This document shows positions 27,897 through 36,323 of a DNA stretch of 64,000 nt, piece after piece. How positions within the stretch are numbered: the stretch's first letter is position 1; each line of letters starts with the position of its first letter. The position numbers and the translations under genes are program-made. The DNA lies in the IMG/VR virus record IMGVR_UViG_3300028888_000107, positions 14,598-78,597 of that record; one strand, written 5' to 3'. Source of the stretch: a virus. Its lineage: Duplodnaviria > Caudoviricetes. Under the pieces are notes generated by a model that saw only the letters and a program-made list of their open reading frames with translations, ran no database searches and was not told the origin of the DNA.

Positions 27897-28562
27897 TTTA
27901 ACACATCTAACACCCATTGCCAAAGCTCTTGCACCAAAAGCACCGACAACATTTGCCCCTTTGTGCCAAATCCTAATAAACCAAGTATATTCATCGCTAT
28001 CTTGGTATTCATCGGAACACCATAGATGTGAAGTGATGCCAAGTGGATTCTTTGTGTTTATGGAATAACCGTTTGGGTATATGTTTAAGTTTGTTTCGTT
28101 GTTTGTTTCTGCATTCCTACCAACGCTGTTTTCTACATCGCTTTTTAGCCAATCATTGTTTGAACAAATTGCCTTTGCGGTGTGTGCCAAATAAGGACGC
28201 ATTTCTTCTTTGTTTAGGTTATGTTCACCTTTGCCCAAAAAAGTTAAAAGTTCTGTCCAATCGTTAATGGCGGTAACACGCCAACCCTTTGGGGCAAGCA
28301 ATTCCGTGTCAACCGCCTCAAAATTGTAATGCAAACCGTAATTGGGCAACCTGCTTGACTTTGGCGTTAAGTTACCGGGGTATTCATAATAGGGTAGTTT
28401 GCCAAGTTCGGATGTGGCGTATGTGTTAAGGGGTGTGCCATCGTTTAACCGTGTAACCCTCAAATTGGAAGCCAACCATAACTTGTTGTTGATGTTAACG
28501 GCATCATAGATATTGCCATCAATATCGGTTACTGCGTTTCTTATCAATTCAAAATTTTTCAT
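27891..28562 (-). CDS. FISUMP (Fibrobacter succinogenes major paralogous, CLec-like) domain protein
   Basis: TDIDGNIY..V.I....WLASNLR, YGLHYNF, LAPKGWRV....DW, LWCS, GVRCVK. Confidence 0.85.
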   Translation of the reverse strand: MKNFELIRNAVTDIDGNIYDAVNINNKLWLASNLRVTRLNDGTPLNTYATSELGKLPYYEYPGNLTPKSSRLPNYGLHYNFEAVDTELLAPKGWRVTAINDWTELLTFLGKGEHNLNKEEMRPYLAHTAKAICSNNDWLKSDVENSVGRNAETNNETNLNIYPNGYSINTKNPLGITSHLWCSDEYQDSDEYTWFIRIWHKGANVVGAFGARALAMGVRCVKC

Positions 28563-28574
28563 AGTAACAAAATC

Positions 28575-28637
28575 AATGTGGCAAAAATACAAAATATTTT
28601 ATATAGGCAACCACAAACAACAAAAAAGTTATTAACA
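28575..28637 (-). promoter_or_regulatory. early promoter cassette P7
   Basis: TTG-N18-TATTTTTG(28582-89); box 28629-37. Confidence 0.8.
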
Positions 28638-28805
28638 CATTAAGGTTTGAACGGAACCGGTTTAACAGATTAACAGAATAACAAATTTATTTCTCTTATA
28701 TAATACACTTTGCCAAATGTTGATAATTAGGTTGTTGTAAATTTAGGGTATATATGTGGCATATATCCAAACCACCAAATATAAATACTAAAAACAAAAA
28801 ACTTT

Positions 28806-29669
28806 ATGGCATCATACATAGATTGTTCCGATAACGAATCCCAAGAATGCCTATCGGAACTTATAGATAGGGTAAACAACCAAATGACATTAAGTTGCCA
28901 ACTTCCATTCAAGTTGCCAGCAGCCGCCATTGCCCAAATAGTGCAAGAGGCTAAAAAGTGGTTTTACAACAACTATGAAGACGCAGTTGAGGAACTTTAT
29001 ATATCAGCTCCCGGTTGGGTGTTTAGGGATCCTTCGTTTCTTTTGGGGTTAACCAACAGAAAAGGTATGGATGGAAACGAAATACAAAAATCTGAAACGC
29101 AAAAGAATAGGGGTGTTTTGGTAATGCCCGGTAACGTGTTTTCGGTTTTAAGGGTGTTTCAACTAAACCGCTTTTCGGGTGAAGCCGGTTGGGGCGGTGA
29201 TAGAATAGACGCCTACAACAGGGATTTTAGCACAAGAAGGATGTTTGCTTCCTATATGTATTCGGATTCAATTGCCCAAAGTGCTGACAATTTGCTTTAT
29301 TGGACTTGCAACTGGTACTATTTTGACGAATCAAGGCAAATGCTTCAAGAGATGCACGGTTTTAGTTACAACCGCCTAACCAAAAAATTAAGGTTTACGG
29401 GAGAGTTGCCAAAATACAGTTGTGTATTCAATGTATTAACAACCATACCCGATTGCGATCTGTTTCAAGATGATTTGTTCTTTAGGTATGTGGTTGCCCA
29501 ATGCTTAAGGCAAATGTCAAGAATACTTGGAACCTTTACATATTCTCTACCGGGAAATGTTAGCATCAACTACGACCAATATTCAAGTTGGGGCGAAACC
29601 GAATTGCAAGACATCAAAGATGAAATACAAAACAACAGACACAGCGTTGCGTATTTCTACACAACATAA
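28806..29669 (+). CDS. gp13: neck/head-completion protein (T4 gp13-like)
   Basis: FFRYVVAQCLRQMSRILGTFTYSLPGNVSIN...ELQDIKDEI; late promoter 28780-28787. Confidence 0.65.
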   Translation: MASYIDCSDNESQECLSELIDRVNNQMTLSCQLPFKLPAAAIAQIVQEAKKWFYNNYEDAVEELYISAPGWVFRDPSFLLGLTNRKGMDGNEIQKSETQKNRGVLVMPGNVFSVLRVFQLNRFSGEAGWGGDRIDAYNRDFSTRRMFASYMYSDSIAQSADNLLYWTCNWYYFDESRQMLQEMHGFSYNRLTKKLRFTGELPKYSCVFNVLTTIPDCDLFQDDLFFRYVVAQCLRQMSRILGTFTYSLPGNVSINYDQYSSWGETELQDIKDEIQNNRHSVAYFYTT

Positions 29670-29690
29670 TTCGTGTATGTTTTGAAAATA

Positions 29691-29719
29691 AAAAAGGTTG
29701 GCAAGTAGCCAACCTTTTT
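29691..29719. terminator. bidirectional intrinsic terminator
   Basis: AAAAAGGTTGGC-aagta-GCCAACCTTTTT between convergent genes. Confidence 0.85.
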
Positions 29720-29741
29720 GTTTATAAATACATTTGCGTTT

Positions 29742-30386
29742 TTAGATCTCTTCGTATTCATAGAAGCAACCGCTGTAGCCGTTTGCAGCCGCATTGTTGG
29801 AAGCGTTGTAAAGGTTTTTAACCAAACTTTCAATGTTCTTTGGATTGGTGTTAATCTTTTTGTTGCCTTTTTCGTGTTCGTAACTTTGTCCGGTTTCAAG
29901 GGTGTATTTGTAATACTTAACCAACTCTTCCAAAGTTCCTTCGTGAGTGTAAACACTATCCTTGCCAAACATTCTTGATTTGGTTTGGGTAATTCTGTAA
30001 ACCTTCTTTCCTTTATCCTTGCCAATTATTTTGTTAAGAATTTTTTCAAGGGTACCGTTTGTTATATCATCTTTTTTAATATAAGTGTCTTTGGCAACCA
30101 ATTTCATGGATTTTAAAAAAGGTTCCTTTGTTTTTTCATCCGTTTGTTTTGGAAAGGCAAACCAACAAAGTATTTCGTTTGTGTATTCTTTTTCATAACC
30201 AACAGCCAAATAAACACTTGGGTTATCCATTTCACCGTAAATTGGAAACATTGAGGTGTGTTCCATCTTTTCGGCTGAAACAATGGCTTGACTTGCCATT
30301 TCAACTATTTGTTTTGGTGTATAGGCAAGTTTAATTTGGCTTGCCCCCTCCACCATATATTCATTAAGTTTTAATATTCTTGACAT
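29742..30386 (-). CDS. hypothetical protein with capsid-targeting-like leader
   Basis: MSRILKLNEYMVEG. Confidence 0.7.
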   Translation of the reverse strand: MSRILKLNEYMVEGASQIKLAYTPKQIVEMASQAIVSAEKMEHTSMFPIYGEMDNPSVYLAVGYEKEYTNEILCWFAFPKQTDEKTKEPFLKSMKLVAKDTYIKKDDITNGTLEKILNKIIGKDKGKKVYRITQTKSRMFGKDSVYTHEGTLEELVKYYKYTLETGQSYEHEKGNKKINTNPKNIESLVKNLYNASNNAAANGYSGCFYEYEEI

Positions 30387-30402
30387 AATTGTTTTCTATA
30401 TA

Positions 30403-31320
30403 TTAGTAGTATAAAAGTTTACCATTATCCAAATCGTAAACTTCACCGCTAAAGGTGCTTAAAAAGAATTTAGGTCCATCGTTATCAACAACAATTTTAA
30501 CAAGTTTTTCCCATTGGTTGTTGTCAATTATTGCATTGGCTTCATCTTCCCCAACACCGGCTCCAACCAAATAGGATTTCCAATCTTCATCGCTCATTGC
30601 ACCTTTCACAAGGTCAACCGCATTTTGGTGGTCATCACCGCTTAACACACTTTTTGCTGCATCTTCTTCGCTATTAAAAATACTGCCGTTGCAACCGTTT
30701 TTTGTTACAAAGTAGGTATCGGTAAGCCATTCAATGCCATCAACATCAGCACCAATTTCACCAAGTTTGCTTATAACCAGTGCTTTGGTTTCTTCCGCTT
30801 CTTGGTTGTTAAGGTTTTCTTTGATAAACTCATCGATTTTTAAAATATAAACCCCTTTGCTTTCTTGTAATTTTTGGGATGGTCTTGCCACTTGGGTAAA
30901 CTTGTATTTGTTGGTTTGCCAATCAAACGATGCCATGCAATAACCATTATCTTCCACCCAATTATCTTCTTCATCATAATAGCCCCCATCTGAATTTTCA
31001 TAACTTGCAAAAGGTTGTTGTTCAAATCCCTCGCCAAGTCCATCGGAACATTGTCCGCTTACCCATTCGGAAATCTTATCAAGGGTGGCGGGAAGCAATT
31101 TATCGTTTGCCGTTAGAACAATGCTTCCTGTATCGTTACTTGTCATTGTCCAATAAATATCTTCAACTTTATCAATTTCTTCTGGAGCAACCTTATCATT
31201 ACGCAGGGAGTCCAAAAGGTATTTGGTCATATCATCTTCTTGCAAATAATCGTTTGCTTCTTGAATATCCAAAACGGGACAATCAAGGTTAAAGTTTGTT
31301 TTGTAATAAACGTTTCTCAT
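30403..31320 (-). CDS. acidic hypothetical protein, possibly two fused units
   Basis: Internal KLQES-KGVYILKIDEFIKENL leader-like motif. Confidence 0.7.
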   Translation of the reverse strand: MRNVYYKTNFNLDCPVLDIQEANDYLQEDDMTKYLLDSLRNDKVAPEEIDKVEDIYWTMTSNDTGSIVLTANDKLLPATLDKISEWVSGQCSDGLGEGFEQQPFASYENSDGGYYDEEDNWVEDNGYCMASFDWQTNKYKFTQVARPSQKLQESKGVYILKIDEFIKENLNNQEAEETKALVISKLGEIGADVDGIEWLTDTYFVTKNGCNGSIFNSEEDAAKSVLSGDDHQNAVDLVKGAMSDEDWKSYLVGAGVGEDEANAIIDNNQWEKLVKIVVDNDGPKFFLSTFSGEVYDLDNGKLLYY

Positions 31321-31333
31321 ATTTTTAAATGTA

Positions 31334-31777
31334 TTATTTTTTCAATTTTATTCCAAGCATTCTTGAAACATCCTCGCCCCAATTTCGGTGGTGGGTGTTT
31401 GGCAACACAACAAACAAATGGGAACCCGTTCCAATATGTTTCATAATGTTGTTACTGTAAATGGCATTGACAAATTCATCTTCATTCACTTCCCTCATTA
31501 TTCTATCATACAAAAACGACTTTAGACATTTTTCAATCTCAACCATAACCTCTCTATCAATAAAACCGTTTTTATTATTTTCATAATACTTATTTATGTA
31601 CTCGTAAAAATCAATTGTATCATGAATAAAGTATTCGTTGTAAAAAGTGCCATACACCGCAACAAGCCCATTTATAGTCATTTCATAAACGTAGTTTCCA
31701 ATGCCAAGCACAAGATCTTTTAAGGTGATATTATTTCTTTTTGTGTTAATTTCGTTAATCTTTTTTATGTGTGACAT
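31334..31777 (-). CDS. hypothetical protein with capsid-targeting-like leader
   Basis: MSHIKKINEI. Confidence 0.65.
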   Translation of the reverse strand: MSHIKKINEINTKRNNITLKDLVLGIGNYVYEMTINGLVAVYGTFYNEYFIHDTIDFYEYINKYYENNKNGFIDREVMVEIEKCLKSFLYDRIMREVNEDEFVNAIYSNNIMKHIGTGSHLFVVLPNTHHRNWGEDVSRMLGIKLKK

Positions 31778-31792
31778 AGTGGTTTTTATATT

Positions 31793-32392
31793 TTATTCAG
31801 CCAAGAACCTTATTAACACATCAGGTCTCCCATACAAGCCATAATTCCAATTAGGTTCGGCATATTGTTCATCAAACATTGTTTTAAGGTAAATCACAGT
31901 AAACCCGTTTCTTTCGTAAAATTCGCTTAAAAAACCATCGTAATGGTCAACCGTATTACCCCCGTTTTTAATGGCGTATCTTATAATAGCATCGCCAACA
32001 CCCCCAATGTTTTGTTCATTGTTGTGCAAGGACACTATTTCACAACGCATTCTTGTACCCATTTTTGTTTGCTTTAACGCAAACCCAATATCATATCCCT
32101 TTAGTTTAAAAGTTTTAATTCCAAGTTCCTTTAATTCCTTTTCGTTGTATTTGGTTAAAAATTCAGTTCTTTCTGATTTGTAAGCCGATTTCAAAAAAGA
32201 AGCATAGTTGTTTATTTCCCAAGAATCATCAATTCCAATAAGTTTTTTTACTTTGTTGCTTAATTCAACATCAAACACTTTTTCCAACAAAATTTTATCG
32301 CACAAGAAACTGTTATGGGAACACTCCTTGTACAATTCCTTCATACATTGCGTGTTAAATACAAACTCTTCAAAAAGCATAATTCTTTTCAT
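31793..32392 (-). CDS. GNAT-like acetyltransferase domain protein with capsid-targeting-like leader
   Basis: MKRIMLFEEFV; EIVSLHNN...GVGDAIIRYAIKNGGNTVDHYDGFLSEFYERNGF...YAEPNW..GRPDV. Confidence 0.6.
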   Translation of the reverse strand: MKRIMLFEEFVFNTQCMKELYKECSHNSFLCDKILLEKVFDVELSNKVKKLIGIDDSWEINNYASFLKSAYKSERTEFLTKYNEKELKELGIKTFKLKGYDIGFALKQTKMGTRMRCEIVSLHNNEQNIGGVGDAIIRYAIKNGGNTVDHYDGFLSEFYERNGFTVIYLKTMFDEQYAEPNWNYGLYGRPDVLIRFLAE

Positions 32393-32406
32393 AATAGCAA
32401 AATTTT

Positions 32407-33015
32407 TTAATCGTTGTAATGCTCAATTTTTTGGTACATATCATACATAATGTCAAAGAAAGGTCTTGTTATGTAATATGTTTTCATTTTGTTCCAATTG
32501 GTTTCTTTGTCCAAACCATCATCAAAATGAAAAACACTCATAAACCAATAAAAATCGTTTCCCATTAGAAGAAGGTCGTAAAAGAAAAATTCCAAAAAAC
32601 CACGTTTGTTTGTTGGCAACTCATCGTCATTAAAGGTAACAACAACACCATCTATAACGGTTAGATATTTGTCTTCTGCATCATAACCGCCTTCATTGTT
32701 AAGAAGGTCAAACACACCTATGCCGTTATCGTTTATTAGTTTAACCGCTTCGCTTGAATTGTTTTCACATATTTGGGGGCATTTGTCTTTGTATTCAACA
32801 ACCTCGTTGTAAAGACCCAGCAAATCATCTATTTTTACAAATTCTTCAAAAAGCCTTTGGGCATCATCGGCAAGGTATGGATAATTCATTTTAAATTCAT
32901 ACTTTGCATCAATACCCATTTGAATTCGGTTATCTACAAAATTTCTTAAAAAACGTTTTCCCATTGTTGTGTTGCTTTCCCCAATAAATTGTGAAAAAGA
33001 TGAAAGTTTTTTCAT
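32407..33015 (-). CDS. hypothetical protein with capsid-targeting-like leader
   Basis: MKKLSSFSQFIGES; late promoter 33034-33041. Confidence 0.7.
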   Translation of the reverse strand: MKKLSSFSQFIGESNTTMGKRFLRNFVDNRIQMGIDAKYEFKMNYPYLADDAQRLFEEFVKIDDLLGLYNEVVEYKDKCPQICENNSSEAVKLINDNGIGVFDLLNNEGGYDAEDKYLTVIDGVVVTFNDDELPTNKRGFLEFFFYDLLLMGNDFYWFMSVFHFDDGLDKETNWNKMKTYYITRPFFDIMYDMYQKIEHYND

Positions 33016-33057
33016 TTTATAAAGTGTTTTTTATATTTATAAAAATTGCAAAATCCA

Positions 33058-33369
33058 CTATTGTTTAAAAATTAGGTTTAATATGCCCAACAACAAATCT
33101 TGTTCCTCCTTTACACGTTTAATCATGTGGCGGTAGTTTCTTTTGTTTTTCGGGGTGTTTTCCACACATACGTGCCTGCTACCCCTGCCCAATGCGTAAA
33201 ATTGTGTGTGGTAGTGCTCGCTTAATTTCTCAAGCGAATTATCGCAAGCATCGTTCCACACGTATTCCATAACACCATTGGGAACTTCCCAAAGCAAACG
33301 CCTATCGGAAAGTTCAAGCATATCCTTTCTTAACTCTTCCGAGTAGTAGGTGTTAAATTGCGTTTTCAT
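33058..33369 (-). CDS. hypothetical protein
   Basis: 103-aa ORF, GRGSRHVCV. Confidence 0.65.
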   Translation of the reverse strand: MKTQFNTYYSEELRKDMLELSDRRLLWEVPNGVMEYVWNDACDNSLEKLSEHYHTQFYALGRGSRHVCVENTPKNKRNYRHMIKRVKEEQDLLLGILNLIFKQ

Positions 33370-33646
33370 ATTTTTTCAATTTGTTTAAAATGTTTTCCAA
33401 GTTGATGTTGTTGTTGGAGTACAGAGGCATTTCGCCATCGGAAATAGCCAAATGGTATCTTAATTCGTTAAACACCCCGGTTGCCCTGTGGTTGAACCTG
33501 ATTTCAAAGCAAATTCTTTTGCCATCACGCAAGTTGATTGCAACAACGTGTCTTGGGTTGGGCTCGCCATTGTGGTAGGTTTCGTAAGAGGTGTATTTAA
33601 TACCTGCTTTTTCCAAATGCTTTTCAATTTCTTTGTGTGCTAACAT
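33353..33646 (-). CDS. hypothetical protein
   Basis: 97-aa ORF. Confidence 0.6.
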   Translation of the reverse strand: MLAHKEIEKHLEKAGIKYTSYETYHNGEPNPRHVVAINLRDGKRICFEIRFNHRATGVFNELRYHLAISDGEMPLYSNNNINLENILNKLKKYENAI

Positions 33647-33671
33647 AACTTTTATTTTTTAATTGTTATAC

Positions 33672-34064
33672 TTATTGTTCATTGGCGGCAACTGCCAAGC
33701 CGTTTTGGGTTTGGGCTGCATAGTTCACTTTCCACACCTTGCCTTCCTTTACATAAAGGTTTTTGGAAATGGCTTGGCGGGTCAACTGTCCTGCGTACTT
33801 ACCAATCTTTTTGAAAAGGATTGCCACCTGCTTGTCGGTAAGCGATTTTCTTCTTTCAAATTGCTTGCAAAAAGATGTAAGCAATTCGGCATCCGTTCCG
33901 GCAAAGCCAACACCGTTAAGGTTATCCACCGTACCGCAAGCCTTTTCATCTTCGGTTTGGTACTCGTAAATCCTTAACAGTGCCTTAATTGCACGGTTTT
34001 TTTCAGTGGTAATGGCGGCTTTAATTGCCATTTCAATTTCCTTTTTGCTTTTGTACTCTTTCAT
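33672..34064 (-). CDS. hypothetical phage protein
   Basis: ALLRIYEYQTEDEK...NGVGF...DAELLTSF..Q; directly behind a promoter cassette. Confidence 0.7.
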   Translation of the reverse strand: MKEYKSKKEIEMAIKAAITTEKNRAIKALLRIYEYQTEDEKACGTVDNLNGVGFAGTDAELLTSFCKQFERRKSLTDKQVAILFKKIGKYAGQLTRQAISKNLYVKEGKVWKVNYAAQTQNGLAVAANEQ

Positions 34065-34093
34065 AATTTTTGGGTTTTAGGATTAGTTATTAC

Positions 34094-34175
34094 TTTTAAT
34101 TACACTGCAAAAATACAAAAATATTTTATATATGCAACCTTTTAGCAAAAAAAGTTATTAACAAAGTTATCAACA
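34094..34175 (-). promoter_or_regulatory. early promoter cassette P8
   Basis: TTG-N19-TATTTTTG(34108-15); boxes 34155-63 and TTATCAACA 34167-75. Confidence 0.85.
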
Positions 34176-34267
34176 ACGCCCAAATGTTAAAAAGTTAAAA
34201 ACACACTTGTTTGGATATATGTAGTATATAAAACATATTTAGAAATATGCACCATATAATTAATATT

Positions 34268-36217
34268 TTAATCATTACAGTTTAATGTATATGTAACTTG
34301 CCCACAATCCCAAACGGGAAGATATCCGTTGTTTTTCATTATTTCTTCATTACTGCTGCCTTTTCCAAAAGTTGTTCCAAGCAATCTATCCGCACCGTGT
34401 ATAACAAGCAAATTGTTTGTAATATGTCGTTTCCCGTTCCACCAATGCAAACTTGGGTTTGTTTCTTTTATCTTTTCAAAACCAAGACTTTCGTAAACGT
34501 TTCCAACAAACTTTGACAAATCGCAATAACTTACAATGTTTTTTGGATTTGTGTCTTTTTTAAAAAAATCAAACAATCTTTTTGAACCTCCAACAACAAG
34601 AAATTTTGATTGTGCGCATAGCCTTAACAATTCCCATTCATAGTTCTTGTTGTATCTTGGCTTTCCGAATGACATAAGTTGAATAAGAACACCGTTATGA
34701 TAAAGCCCGTAGGATTTTTCAACCCCTCTGCAAGAACCCTGCAGATGCCATAAATTTAAAAATTCAACGGCTTCGTTTTTTGCAACGGTTTTAATTTCAC
34801 AACTTCTTGCATATATTACCGTTTTTGGCATTAGCAAACCAATTATTTTGGAAATATCGTCCCAATCCCAGACATGAACACATCTGTAGCCGGCTTTTTG
34901 AGCGGCCAATGTTTTGCTTTTGTGATAATCTTGCCTTAACGGTTTACCCCCAAAAACATTAACAAGCGAATTGTGTGTGATGGTTGGGTTTATTTCAACA
35001 AGAATATTTTCTATTTTAAAATCGTATGAATATCCGTTTATGTGAAACTCTCTTTCATGCTTAATTCCGGCATTTGTCAAAAGTTCGGAAAACCTTTTGT
35101 TTGGCTTGCTATCGTTTTTGTAGCCAAGCCTTGCTTCCTTACGTTGGCAACACCAATCAACACCGTATCTTTCTTGGTTGGTTAGCCTTGTTTTTTCTCT
35201 TGTTTCTTGATTTTGTGAGGTGTAGGCGCATCCATACCTTTTAAAATTGGTTTCCTTTGTTTTTCTTTTAACTTCTTCGTTTTGTGTTGGATATGGTGTT
35301 CCGTATTTTTTAATGTTAGTTTCCCTTGTCTTTGCTTCAGTTTCAATTCCATGCAAAGAACAAGCATTTCCATATTTTTCAAGGTTTGTGTTTTCTATTC
35401 TTTTCTTTCCTTCTTCGGTCTGCTGATAGTAATCCTTTCCATATAACTTGTTGTTGGTTTCCTTTACCTTTTCTTTAACAACAACACTTTGTGATGGATG
35501 GTTTGTGTTGTAATGCGTTTGTGATGTTTTCTTTGCCTTTTCCTTCACAACAACGCTTTGCATACTGTATTCGCAGCCAATGTTTTTCAAGTTTGTTTGC
35601 CTTGCCTTTTCCTTGGTTTTGTTTAAAGAAAAAACATTTTCAACACCATATCGTTTTAGGCAAGTTTCTTTGTTTTTTTCTTGGTTGTTGTAATTAGTGT
35701 CTCCATACCTTTTTAATTTGGTTTCTTTTGTTTTTTCTGAGTTTGAATATGTTGGCGAACCGTATTTCTCTGTTTTTGTTTTTTGTACCTTTTCTTGTGT
35801 TTCCTTTAGTTTTTGCGGGTTATCAACACCGTATTTTTTCAAACAAGTTTGCTTTGCGCCATGTCTGTTATTGTAGTTCTTGTTACCGTATTTTTGTAAA
35901 CAGGTTTCTTCTTTTTTTAGTAAAATTTCCTTGCTTTTTTGCGCATGGCTGTTGCAACAATATGTGTTGTAGCCTTTTTTAAACCCGTTAAACGAACAAC
36001 GCTTCCCACAATGGCAAACACCTATTTTTAAATCTTTATCGTTTAGTAAATAATGGTAAAGTTTTTGCCTAAACGAAAATTCTTTGGGAAACAACCAAGT
36101 TAACATAACAGCATATTCATCAGGAAATGTTTCGGAAAACCCCTTTTCTTGTATTTGGTTTAAACCTCCCTTGCTTTTTGGAAGCAATAACAAATTGTAT
36201 ATTTCTTCTTTTGTCAT
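34268..36217 (-). mobile_element. free-standing Hef-like homing endonuclease (Zn finger + K.TCL.KYG repeats + Vsr-like nuclease + C-terminal domain)
   Basis: CHCGKRC.F.GF..GY..YC; about 23-aa KYG repeats; YDFKIENILVEINP; ARSCEIK...QGSC...WELLRLC. Confidence 0.75.
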
Positions 36218-36235
36218 AAGGTATTTATTTGTTTG

Positions 36236-36243
36236 CAAAGATA
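36236..36243 (-). promoter_or_regulatory. Bacteroidota -7 element (TATCTTTG) for the endonuclease
   Basis: TAnnTTTG about 20 nt upstream of ATG 36217, just after the capsid terminator. Confidence 0.6.
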
Positions 36244-36268
36244 CAAAAAAATCAAATACAGCAAAACA

Positions 36269-36298
36269 AAAAACCCGCTCACTTGTGAGCGGGTTTTT
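36269..36298 (-). terminator. intrinsic terminator after major capsid gene
   Basis: AAAAACCCGCTCAC-tt-GTGAGCGGGTTTTT perfect stem. Confidence 0.9.
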
Positions 36299-36323
36299 AT
36301 AGTGTCCCCATTAAGGGGTTGGG

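Noticed and set aside
29723-29730. TATAAATA after the neck-gene terminator
   Set aside because: No plus-strand gene follows; likely a chance match in AT-rich DNA, or antisense only.
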